From positions 8,711 through 72,710 of the forward strand of contig JAFUEE010000197.1 in NCBI GenBank assembly GCA_017464085.1: a stretch of DNA of 64,000 nt. The letters are read 5' to 3'. Below are positions 18,303 through 27,121 of the stretch, in pieces (positions within the stretch are counted from its first letter, which is position 1; each line of letters starts with the position of its first letter). The notes below the pieces were generated by a model. It was not told the origin of the DNA and ran no database searches. It was given only the letters and a program-made list of their open reading frames with translations. Source of the DNA: Pseudomonadota bacterium (GTDB lineage Bacteria; Myxococcota_A; Bradymonadia; UBA4248). The translations under genes and the position numbers were made by a program.

Positions 18303-18403
18303 TCCTCCGCTTCACCGATTATTCAGTGCCCTGCAGATTGCATCCGAGCATGCGTTTGCGGGGCTTTTTTTATCCATCTATTTTTCAATCTGGTGACTAG
18401 AGA

Positions 18404-19915
18404 ATGCCCATTGCCCGTCCTTCGTATTGGCCGAGGATTCTTCGCATGGCGGTGCCGATCGTCATCGCGATGCTGACCCAGACGGCCATCAACATCCTTG
18501 ACACGGTCATGGTGGGGTGGCTGGAGCCGAGTTATGCGGTCGCCGGCCAGTCCGCGCTGAGCTATTCGATGCCGCTGATGTGGCTTTTCGGCGGATTTCT
18601 GAGCTCGATCAGTATCGGCACGCTTGCGATTGTCGCTCGCCGGCAGGGGGAGTCCGAGTTCCGGCTTGCGGGGGCGGCGTTGACGAATGCGGTGACGATC
18701 GCTGTCATTTCCTCGCTTGTCGTCGGGATTTTCGCCTATTGCTTTACGCCGCAGATATTCCGAATGCTGATCGACAACGATGCGGTTGTCGCGTTCGGCG
18801 TGCCTTACGCGCGCTTCCGGCTGCTCGGCATCCTGAGCATGGTGACGACGGCGGCGATCAAGAGCTTCTTTGACGGCACGAACAAGACGTATGTCCACAT
18901 GGTCGCGGCGATCGTGATGAACGTTGCGAACATCTTCCTCAACTATTGCCTGATTTTCGGCGTCGGCCCGTTCCCTGCGCTCAATGTGGCAGGTGCCGGC
19001 GCGGCTTCGCTGATCTCGACGTATATCGGCCTGGTGATCATGATCGGCTGGTCGCTGTGGCCGAAGATCCGCCGCCAGTATCAGGTCTATCGCCCGAGCT
19101 CGTTCGACCTGCGCACGATGTGGAACATCATTCGGGTGTCCGTGCCGTCTGGCATCGCCAATGCGTTCGTGATGACCGGATTTCTTGTATTTTTCAAGAT
19201 TATCGGGCTTTTGGATGAGCAGACGGTGACGAATCTGGTGCTCGGCATGAAGTCTTATGCGGGCGATTCTCTGCCCGGCTGGCTGGAGCTTCAGAACGCC
19301 TCAGTGGATGCGTCGATGGGGGGGAACAGCATCTGGTCGGCCGACCTGTCGATTGCGGTGGTGCAGACGAAGCCGCCGGTTTACAGCGCGTCAGCCGATC
19401 TTCTCGTGTCGATCATGTCAGTGGCGTTCATGGGCGCGATGGCTTTCGGCACGGCGACGGCATCGCTTGTCTCGCAGTCGCTTGGGGAGAAGCGTCCGGA
19501 TGTCGCGGAGATATATGTGTTCGAGTCGGCGAAGGTCGCCGGGCTGATTTTTGCGGCGCTTGGCGCGTTCTTCTTTATCTGTCCGGAAATGATCGCGGGC
19601 TGGCTTTCGTCGTCGTCGGATGTGATCGCCGAGACTGCGCGCGTGCTTCGCATGCTTGCGCCGGGGGTTGTCGTGATCGGGTGCGCGCTGATCTTTACGG
19701 AGTCGCTGTTCGGTGCGGGGTGCACGAAGTTCGTCATGGTGGTGGAGGGATGCCTGCATTTCCTGTGTCTGATACCGATTTCGTATTTCCTGGGCATCAC
19801 GTGCGGCTTTGGCGTGCTTGGGATGTGGTCTGCGGTTCTGATCTATGCGTCGGCGCTTTGCGCGATCATGTTTGTGAAGCTCAAGCGCGGGAGCTGGAAG
19901 AAAGTCGAGCTGTAA
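18404..19915 (+). CDS. MATE-family efflux transporter
   Basis: About 12 hydrophobic segments. MATE-type N-terminus ILRMAVPIVIAMLTQTAINILDTVMVG. A large extracytoplasmic insert around residues 255-330. Confidence 0.75.
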   Translation: MPIARPSYWPRILRMAVPIVIAMLTQTAINILDTVMVGWLEPSYAVAGQSALSYSMPLMWLFGGFLSSISIGTLAIVARRQGESEFRLAGAALTNAVTIAVISSLVVGIFAYCFTPQIFRMLIDNDAVVAFGVPYARFRLLGILSMVTTAAIKSFFDGTNKTYVHMVAAIVMNVANIFLNYCLIFGVGPFPALNVAGAGAASLISTYIGLVIMIGWSLWPKIRRQYQVYRPSSFDLRTMWNIIRVSVPSGIANAFVMTGFLVFFKIIGLLDEQTVTNLVLGMKSYAGDSLPGWLELQNASVDASMGGNSIWSADLSIAVVQTKPPVYSASADLLVSIMSVAFMGAMAFGTATASLVSQSLGEKRPDVAEIYVFESAKVAGLIFAALGAFFFICPEMIAGWLSSSSDVIAETARVLRMLAPGVVVIGCALIFTESLFGAGCTKFVMVVEGCLHFLCLIPISYFLGITCGFGVLGMWSAVLIYASALCAIMFVKLKRGSWKKVEL

Positions 19916-19924
19916 TTTTATGTG

Positions 19925-20130
19925 GCGCGGCTTCCGGCAAGTTGCCGGTACGCCGCGCGGCGGGCGCTGCCGTCTGTAGGCCGGCACGCGCTCGCGAAGC
20001 CGCTATCGGCCTGGCCGATACGCGGCTTTTTTTGAGGGCGCGGCGCGCATGCGCGGAAAAAAAAGGCGCCCGCGTATCGCATTGCGATAGCGGGCGCGCG
20101 GCAGGCCGTATCCGCGTGCGGATAGGCCTG
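19925..20130. repeat. Cluster of four REP-like palindromes; the second doubles as a terminator
   Basis: Hairpins at 19925-19958, 19999-20026 (followed by T7), 20066-20098 and 20102-20130. Mixed orientations, in the convergent gap between the MATE and M23 genes. Confidence 0.85.
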
Positions 20131-20139
20131 CGTCCGGTG

Positions 20140-21537
20140 TCACTTTGCCTTTGCGGTCTGTTCGGCGGCGGGCTTGTCTGTCATTGCCAGGCGGTATTTG
20201 TCGCGGCTCTGTGTGAAAGCGTGCAGCCTGTTGCCGGTGAGTGCGTAAGAATACTGCGTGTTGATCAGAGCGGGATCGACGTATTTGCCGTTGATTTTGA
20301 CGCCGAAATGGAGGTGGGGTCCGGTAGAGATGCCTGTGTTTCCGACCATTGCGACGACCTGGCCCTGCTTGACGTGCACGCCTGGCTTGATGTTTCGCGG
20401 AAATGCGTAGATGTGCGCGTAAATTGAGGTATAGCCGTGCGCGTGCTCGATGACGAGGAGGTTTCCGTTGCCGCCTTTCCAGCCGGCGAAAGTGACGGTG
20501 CCGTCGGCGAAGGCCATGATCGGCGTTCCTGTCGGGCATGCCCAGTCGATGCCGTTGTGCGGTCGGACGCGCTTGAGGATCGGGTGCATGCGCTTGGGAT
20601 TGTAGGGGCTGGAGACGGGGCATCCGACGACGGGGGTCTTGAGGAACGTTCGTTTGAGCGCGTGTCCGGTGGCGTCGTAGTAGCCGGAGTATTCCTCGTC
20701 GGTGTCGTAATAGTAAGCCTCGAGGTGTTTTCCGCGCGCGCCGGAGGTGTAAGTGGCGGCCCATACCCGGCCGTATTTGTAGAAATTGCCGTTGAGCGTG
20801 ACCTTGTCGACGAGGACGCTGAACTCGTCGCCGCGCTGCGAATCGGAAGCGAAATCGATGTCGTACTTGAAGAGCTGCATGAAGTGTGACGCGAGCTCTC
20901 CGGATTCGCCGAGCTCTCGGAATGACTGATAGAGCGAGTTCGTGAGGAGTCCGCGCACGAAGATGCGCTCAGTCTTCTTGTGCATGTCGACCTTGTGCGC
21001 GACGAAAGCGTTGTCCTTGCGTTCGGCGATGCTGATGTCTTCAGGGGAGATCTGGTAGACGAACTTGAGGATGCGCTTGTCGACGTCGAGATGGACTTCG
21101 TAGGTGTCGCCCGGTTTTGTGCGCTTGAAATCGACGACATCCTGCATGGCTGTGATGACCTGGTGGATGTCAGCGACGTCGAGGCCGTGATTTTTCAGGG
21201 CGACGAAGAGCGTCTGGTTTCGCGAGATTTTTCCTTTGATGAGGAACGGGTCTGTGTTTGTATTTGTCTCATCAGGAATGGTATCGGGTAGATCGTCGAA
21301 CAGATCGTTGTCGAGAGACTGCCGTGTGAGGGCTTCGAGGTCGCTCCATTCCTGCATGCCGAGTTCGGCCATGCTGATGGGTTCGGCTTCGCTGATTCGG
21401 TCGTATTCGTTATTTCTGCACAGTGCATAGACAGCTATCGCAGTGATGATCAGCGCGATACCGCCCCAGAGCCATGGCCAGAAGTTATGTTTTCTCCTGT
21501 CGAGGCTCGTGGAGAGGGTGAGTTTATGTTGTGGCAT
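20140..21537 (-). CDS. M23-family metallopeptidase with N-terminal membrane anchor
   Basis: HNGIDWA, GNLLVIEHAHGYTSIYAH and GNTGISTGPHLHF (the HxxxD / HxH M23 signature). N-terminal TM helix WLWGGIALIITAIAVYAL. Confidence 0.85.
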   Translation of the reverse strand: MPQHKLTLSTSLDRRKHNFWPWLWGGIALIITAIAVYALCRNNEYDRISEAEPISMAELGMQEWSDLEALTRQSLDNDLFDDLPDTIPDETNTNTDPFLIKGKISRNQTLFVALKNHGLDVADIHQVITAMQDVVDFKRTKPGDTYEVHLDVDKRILKFVYQISPEDISIAERKDNAFVAHKVDMHKKTERIFVRGLLTNSLYQSFRELGESGELASHFMQLFKYDIDFASDSQRGDEFSVLVDKVTLNGNFYKYGRVWAATYTSGARGKHLEAYYYDTDEEYSGYYDATGHALKRTFLKTPVVGCPVSSPYNPKRMHPILKRVRPHNGIDWACPTGTPIMAFADGTVTFAGWKGGNGNLLVIEHAHGYTSIYAHIYAFPRNIKPGVHVKQGQVVAMVGNTGISTGPHLHFGVKINGKYVDPALINTQYSYALTGNRLHAFTQSRDKYRLAMTDKPAAEQTAKAK

Positions 21538-21585
21538 AGAGGATGTCTCAGCTAAGAAAAGCCGAAAGTTGCCGGCGGATGCGGA

Positions 21586-23286
21586 CTAAGATTTCGGCTT
21601 CGGCGTGAATGAATCACGCGCCTGAGCGATCATCTCGGCGGCATGATCCAAGGTTTTGGCTGTTATCGAAGTTCCCCCCAGCATGCGTGCGATTTCCTCG
21701 ACGCGCTCCGATTCATTGAGCAGAGAAATTTTGCTCTGAGTGCGGTCATTCACAACCGATTTTGATACGCGAAAATGAGCATCGGCATAGCTCGCGATGC
21801 TTGCGAGATGCGTGATGCATAGTACTTGGTGGCATCTGCTGACTTCCTTGAGCATGTTTGCGACATGCGTGGCAGTGAGTCCGCCGATGCCGGTGTCGAC
21901 TTCGTCGAAAACGTAACATGCGACGTCATCTTTTTCGACGAGTGCACGTTTGAGAGCGAGAAGGACTCTCGAGAGTTCGCCGCCGGACGCGATTTTCGCG
22001 AGCGGTCGAGGCGATTCGCCCGGGTTCGGGCATAGCAGGAACCGGATATCGTCGGCGCCGGTTGACCTGAGATCATCAAATGAAGAGGAACTGCTGCACT
22101 GAATGTCGATGGATGCATTTTCCATCGCGAGCAGATGGAGGCCTTCGGTGGCTTCAGCGGAGAGTTTTAGTGCAGCGGATTGTCTGTATTTGGAGAGTTC
22201 GCTCGCGAGTTCGAGGAGTTCTTTTTGTTTTTGCGCGAGCTGTGCATCGAGTTCGGCGATGCGTTCGTCCGAGAGCACGAGTGTTTTCTGTTCGGCTTCG
22301 AGCTGTGCAAGGAAATCAGGGATCTGGTCGGCCTTGACGTGGTATTTGCGTTCGATCTTGTCGATCGCGGATAGTCTGTTTTGGAGCGCCTCGAGTTTTG
22401 CAGGCGAAGCGTCTTCGACCTGGATTCTTCGGAGGTCGTGGACGACATCTTCGATGGCGGTCATGGCTTCAGAGAGCGCATCCGCGAGCGCGAGTACGGA
22501 GGGCTGTCCGGATGCGGCGCGGCGGATCTCGTTGATATGCGAGCCAAGCCTTGAGACGACAGCGTGTTCGTCGTCATAGAGGTCGGCAAGCGTGGAATCT
22601 ATGGCATTTTGGAGTGTTTCGGCGTTGGAGAGGCAACGCAGTTCGTTGGCGACATCATCGGCTTCGCCTGGTGTGATGTGCGCGTTCTGGAGCTCTTCGA
22701 TCTGGTAATTGAGAAAGTCGAGCCTGCGCGTGCGTTCTTCGAGAGAAGCCGCGAGCGTGTCGCGTTCTTTTCGGATGGCGTTGTATCCGCTGAACTGGCG
22801 GGAGAAATCTTCGACGAGATGTTCGATGCAGGCATATCTGTCGAGGATTGCGAGGTGTTTGGCGTCATCGAGGAGGCTGACGTGTTCGTGCTGGCCGGAG
22901 ATATCGATGACAGTGCGCATGAGGTCGCGGAGCGTGGAGATGGTCTGGAGCGTGCCGCCGATATAGATGCGGCCGCGACCTTTGCGCGGAATGACACGCC
23001 GGACGACAAATTCGTCGTCGTCGAGGTCGATGCCGATGGCGCGGAGCATGGCCATGGCAGGAGCGTGGCTGTGATCCACGGTGAACATGCCTTCCACGAC
23101 AGCTTCATCCGCGCCTGTGCGGATGATATCGGTGGATGATTTCGCGCCGAGCAGGAGCTTGAGTGCGCTGACGATGATTGATTTTCCGGCGCCGGTTTCG
23201 CCTGTCAGCACAGACATGCCTTCATCAAAGGTGAGCTCAAGCTCTGAGATGATGGCGAAATCTTTAATAATGAGGGTGGTAAGCAT
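21586..23286 (-). CDS. recN: DNA repair protein RecN
   Basis: N-terminus MLTTLIIKDFAIISELELTF...LTGETGAGKSI (Walker A), long coiled-coil middle, and C-terminal SGGELSRVLLAL signature plus a Walker B FDEVD. Confidence 0.9.
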   Translation of the reverse strand: MLTTLIIKDFAIISELELTFDEGMSVLTGETGAGKSIIVSALKLLLGAKSSTDIIRTGADEAVVEGMFTVDHSHAPAMAMLRAIGIDLDDDEFVVRRVIPRKGRGRIYIGGTLQTISTLRDLMRTVIDISGQHEHVSLLDDAKHLAILDRYACIEHLVEDFSRQFSGYNAIRKERDTLAASLEERTRRLDFLNYQIEELQNAHITPGEADDVANELRCLSNAETLQNAIDSTLADLYDDEHAVVSRLGSHINEIRRAASGQPSVLALADALSEAMTAIEDVVHDLRRIQVEDASPAKLEALQNRLSAIDKIERKYHVKADQIPDFLAQLEAEQKTLVLSDERIAELDAQLAQKQKELLELASELSKYRQSAALKLSAEATEGLHLLAMENASIDIQCSSSSSFDDLRSTGADDIRFLLCPNPGESPRPLAKIASGGELSRVLLALKRALVEKDDVACYVFDEVDTGIGGLTATHVANMLKEVSRCHQVLCITHLASIASYADAHFRVSKSVVNDRTQSKISLLNESERVEEIARMLGGTSITAKTLDHAAEMIAQARDSFTPKPKS

Positions 23287-23318
23287 GTACAGTAAATCCT
23301 ATTTTCCCCCGTTTGCGG

Positions 23319-23350
23319 TTCTATATAACACAAATAGAAAATGAGTTCAA
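23319..23350 (-). promoter_or_regulatory. Candidate recN promoter with overlapping palindrome TTCTAT-N9-ATAGAA
   Basis: Minus strand: TTGAAC (23350-23345), 17 nt spacer, TATATA (23327-22), about 36 nt upstream of the recN ATG. The inverted repeat at 23319-23339 covers the -10 element. Confidence 0.35.
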
Positions 23351-23558
23351 ACAGCCGAATATGAGTCTAAAAACGGACGGAATTCGGGCAGATCGCTTAT
23401 ATTCTTCTATTGGGAAGGAGGCACCAGAACTGTCAGGTGTCGTGGGGGGGGGCAGGCGCATGAAGCGGATCGGTCAGTGAGGATGCGCCTGCGGGGGATA
23501 AAGCAGAGAGCGGCAACGCATGCGCGTGGCCGCTCAGATCTGAATATCGTAGATATGA

Positions 23559-24488
23559 TCAGGCTTTGAAAGCTTTGGCGTGCTCGACGAAAGCCGTGAT
23601 GATCGCCTGTGCGGGGAGAAGCTCCGCGCGTTCTTTGGCGTTGCGGTCGTAGTCGATGATGAACTCCCCTTTTTCGACATCATATCTGCGTGCGATGACG
23701 GCGCCGACGGATGCGGAGGAGATGCCGAGGGCGGTGCAGACTGAGTGGACGGTATAATCTTCCATTTCAGCGAAGATGATGCCGCGTTCGACAAATCTCC
23801 AGAGCTGATCCTGAGCGCGTTTTGCGCGTTCGGCTTCGAGGTGGGCGGCGATGCGTCCTTCAGCGGGGACATGGCGTCCCTGGCCGCCCCAGAAGTAATT
23901 GGTGGAGACGCCTGCGCCGAGCGCGACGGGGATGTCGAGCTTTCTGGCGTTGTCGATGATGAGCTGGTTGAGGTTGGGATCGGGCAGCGCGATATCGAAT
24001 TCGTCGTTGTAGGAAGCGGTGGAGATGCCGACATAGCCATAGGGGACATCGCTGAGAGTGCCGCGCGTGCCGCTTCTGCCGACGCAGCGGAGCCGAACAT
24101 TGGATTCATCGCGTCCGAGGTAAGCGTTCGACCAGTGGATGAGGGAGCGCATTTCCTTGATGACGATTTCTGCGCCAGAGCCGCCAATGCCGTGGCTGAC
24201 AATGGCCATGGTTTCGCCGGACGCCAGGCCGAGATCCACGATTTCGACGCAATATTCGCGGTCGCAGATTTCGTAGTGATCGACGATATTGAAGTATGTG
24301 CCGAGGTGTTTGAGACCGAATTTTTCCTGAGCAAGTTTTGCGAGTCGTCTTGGACGCATCAGGCTGCCGACGAGGAGAAGGTAGCGAACGTTCGCAAGGA
24401 GTTCGGCCTTTTCTTTGGGGTCTGGAAATGCCGTGGGCATGGGGATATGAACGATGTATTCGGACCAGAAATCAGTGTTGCGTTCCAT
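23559..24488 (-). CDS. Nucleoside phosphorylase-family protein (PNP/UDP type 1 fold)
   Basis: Family-like motifs AIVSHGIGGSGAEIV, VGRSGT and an E-M-E-type motif (FAEMEDYTV). Start set to ATG 24486-24488 (MERNTDFW), preceded by AGGAGA. The longer ORF to 24638 was rejected. Confidence 0.6.
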   Translation of the reverse strand: MERNTDFWSEYIVHIPMPTAFPDPKEKAELLANVRYLLLVGSLMRPRRLAKLAQEKFGLKHLGTYFNIVDHYEICDREYCVEIVDLGLASGETMAIVSHGIGGSGAEIVIKEMRSLIHWSNAYLGRDESNVRLRCVGRSGTRGTLSDVPYGYVGISTASYNDEFDIALPDPNLNQLIIDNARKLDIPVALGAGVSTNYFWGGQGRHVPAEGRIAAHLEAERAKRAQDQLWRFVERGIIFAEMEDYTVHSVCTALGISSASVGAVIARRYDVEKGEFIIDYDRNAKERAELLPAQAIITAFVEHAKAFKA

Positions 24489-24660
24489 AGGGCTCTCCTG
24501 GATGGGAAAAAAGAGTGCCGGTGCAAGGCGCGCATGGCGCATCGCCCGTGTAAGTGCATGTCTGCCGATGCATTGAAAGGCCGTGAGGGAAGACCGGCAT
24601 AAAGGACATCGCCATGCGGCACATGGGATGGTGCGCATGGCATGTGCATGATCTTAACGC

Positions 24661-24687
24661 AAAAGAGCCGCCCGGAGCGGCTCTTTT
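24661..24687 (-). terminator. Hairpin terminator after the EF-G paralogue (bidirectional shape)
   Basis: aaaa-gagccgc-ccgga-gcggctc-tttt, 12 nt beyond the stop at 24699. Confidence 0.65.
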
Positions 24688-24698
24688 GCGTGTCAGTA

Positions 24699-26795
24699 TT
24701 ATTCGTCGTCTTCGTCTTTGGCACCGCCGAACGGCGATTCCTTGATGATCTTGGCTTCGAGGTTGGAGGGTACATCTTCATAGCCTTCGAAAGCCATGGT
24801 GAAGATGCCCTGACCAGCGGTCATGGAACGAAGGTCTGGTGCATAGCGCTGAATTTCAGCGAGCGGGCAGATGGCGTGGATGATGGTCTTCTTGTGTTCG
24901 GGATCCATACCGAGGACGCGGCCGCGACGTGAGGTGATATCGCCCATGATATCGCCGACGGATTCCGACGGGATGGTGATGTCCATTTTGTAAACGGGTT
25001 CAAGGAGCTTGACGCCGCCCTGAGCGAGGCATGCGAGGATGGCTTTGCGGCCGGCCATCTGGAAAGCGACTTCCTTTGAGTCTACGGGATGATATTTACC
25101 ATCAATGAGCTCGACAGCGAGGTCAGTGACGGGATAGCCAGCGAGCGGGCCGGATTCCATACGGCTGACGATACCTTTTTCGACAGCAGGGATGAACTGT
25201 CGAGGGATTGCGCCGCCGACGATCTGGTCGATGAATTTGAAGCCTTCGCCGCGATCGAGCGGATAGGCATTGATGTAGCAGACGCCGAACTGTCCGGCGC
25301 CGCCGGACTGTTTCTTGTGCTTGCCTTCGATGTTGTTGACGCGTTTTTTGAGGGTTTCGCGATAGGCGACGAGCGGCAGTGAGCTGGAGACCTCAAGCTT
25401 GAACTTACGTTTCATCTTGTCGATCGCCATTTCGAGGTGCTGCTGTCCCATGCCCTTGAGCGTGAGGGCGCGGCCGAGTTCGTCATATCCCTTGGAGAGT
25501 GTCGGGTCTTCATCGATGAGCTTATCGACGGCGATACCGAGCTTGTCTTCTTCGCCTTTATTCTTGCAGACGATGTTGAACTCCATCATCGGAGCGGGAT
25601 ATTCGATGGCTTTGAAGGCGAAGTCTGCGTTTGCCGCGAGCGTGTCGTTTGTCTTGGTGTCTTTGAGTTTTGCGACGGCGATGATATCGCCGAAGACGCC
25701 CTGTTCGAGGGCATCGCGGTTGTTGCCGCGCAGGGCATAGAGTGTGCCGAGTCTTTCGACATCGCCGGTGCGGACGTTTGTGGCATTGCCATCGGCGGGC
25801 ACTTTGCCGGAGAGGATGCGGAAGATGTTCTGTTTGCCGGAGAATTCATCGATGAAGGAACGGATGACGATGGCAGCGAAGGGGCCGTCAGCGGAGCATT
25901 TCAGGGTTTCTTCGGCATCACCGCGCTTGATGGCGACATCTGCGCGCTGGAGGGGGCTGGGGGCATATTTGACGATTGCATCGAGGAGCATCTCAACGCC
26001 GACGAGGTTCTGTGCGGCCATGTAGAACACGGGCATCAGTTTGCCTTCCTGGATGGCTTTGGGGAGGGCGTTGATGCACTGTTCATGCGAGAGTTCCATG
26101 GTGTCGAGGTATTCCATCATGAGGTCATCGTCAGTTTCTGCGACGGCTTCCATAATGGCTTCCCAGGCTTCCTGAACAGCATCCGCATATTCGGAGGGGA
26201 TATCGCCGGCTTTGAATTTTCCGGAGTTGCCATCGAACGTGTAAGCCTTATTGTCGATGACGGAGATGATGCCCTTGAAGGTTTCAGCGGCGCCCATCGG
26301 GATCTGGAGCTGGACCGGCGTGATTTCGAGTTCTTCTTTGATGTCGGCGAGGCACTGGGCAGGATTGGCGCGTTCCTTGTCCATTTTGTTGATGACGAAC
26401 ATTTTAGCGAGGCCGAGGTGGCTTGCTTCTGCGTAAGCGCGCTCGGTCTGTACTTCGACGCTGTCGGGTGCGCTGATCACGATCACGGCGGTGTCTGCAC
26501 CGCGCATCGCGGTGAAGGAGTCATAGATGAAGTTGCCATCACCCGGAGTGTCGATGACGTTGACTTTTTTGCCTGCATAATCGCACCAAGCAAATGCAGT
26601 CGCGTTAGATCCGCCGCGTTTGATTTCTTCGGGTTCAAAGTCGAACGTGGATGTGCCGGCGACAGTTGAGCCGAAGCGCGTTGTAACACCCGTCTTGAGC
26701 AGGATTGCCTCCCCAATTGTCGTTTTGCCGCTCGCGCTGTGACCGACGAGGGCGATGTTGCGGATGTCGTTTGAATCATAGAGGGTTTTAGCCAT
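24699..26795 (-). CDS. Elongation factor G paralogue (EF-G2-like translational GTPase)
   Basis: IRNIALVGHSASGKTT (G1), DTPG (G3), NKMD (G4), and EF-G domain II-V architecture over 698 aa. Start ATG at 26793-26795 with an AGGAG RBS. Confidence 0.85.
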   Translation of the reverse strand: MAKTLYDSNDIRNIALVGHSASGKTTIGEAILLKTGVTTRFGSTVAGTSTFDFEPEEIKRGGSNATAFAWCDYAGKKVNVIDTPGDGNFIYDSFTAMRGADTAVIVISAPDSVEVQTERAYAEASHLGLAKMFVINKMDKERANPAQCLADIKEELEITPVQLQIPMGAAETFKGIISVIDNKAYTFDGNSGKFKAGDIPSEYADAVQEAWEAIMEAVAETDDDLMMEYLDTMELSHEQCINALPKAIQEGKLMPVFYMAAQNLVGVEMLLDAIVKYAPSPLQRADVAIKRGDAEETLKCSADGPFAAIVIRSFIDEFSGKQNIFRILSGKVPADGNATNVRTGDVERLGTLYALRGNNRDALEQGVFGDIIAVAKLKDTKTNDTLAANADFAFKAIEYPAPMMEFNIVCKNKGEEDKLGIAVDKLIDEDPTLSKGYDELGRALTLKGMGQQHLEMAIDKMKRKFKLEVSSSLPLVAYRETLKKRVNNIEGKHKKQSGGAGQFGVCYINAYPLDRGEGFKFIDQIVGGAIPRQFIPAVEKGIVSRMESGPLAGYPVTDLAVELIDGKYHPVDSKEVAFQMAGRKAILACLAQGGVKLLEPVYKMDITIPSESVGDIMGDITSRRGRVLGMDPEHKKTIIHAICPLAEIQRYAPDLRSMTAGQGIFTMAFEGYEDVPSNLEAKIIKESPFGGAKDEDDE

Positions 26796-27030
26796 TCTCA
26801 ATCTCCTGGGGTTTACAGAAATACGCGCGGTACCTGAACCAAATCTAACTTGTGTGGTCTCCAGAATTCCGCTTGGCACAAACACAGAGCCGAACTTTTC
26901 CAGCTCAAAAGAACGGCGCGCACTCTATGCCAATGCGTGTCTTTCGTCAAAGGAAATTGAATGAAAATGTGCTATTTGTGGTGTAAGTGTTTATACCACA
27001 TTGTGAGTAAAAATGCAAATAAGAAGGGTC

Positions 27031-27096
27031 GCGGCGTATCGGCGCAGCCGATAGCGGCGACAAAAAAGCGCCGTATCCGCGTGAGCGGATAGGCGC
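27031..27096. repeat. Two REP-like bulged palindromes
   Basis: gcggcgtatcggcgcagccgatagcggc (27031-27058) and gcgccgtatccgcgtgagcggataggcgc (27068-27096). Confidence 0.8.
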
Positions 27097-27121
27097 TTCA
27101 GCTATCAGAGAGCGCAGTAGT

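Noticed and set aside
23287-23400. Canonical LexA boxes upstream of recN (CTGT-N8-ACAG or GAAC-N4-GTTC)
   Set aside because: Only half-site-like strings are present (TACTGTAC next to the ATG, and GTTCAAACAG). No full canonical box was found, so only the novel palindrome is reported.
25437-26669. 410-aa plus-strand ORF antisense to the EF-G paralogue. The same applies to 39002-40144, 43116-44444, 45944-47539, 51823-53421 and 61792-63177.
   Set aside because: Same reasoning: each overlaps a confidently recognised gene on the other strand and shows no family motif.
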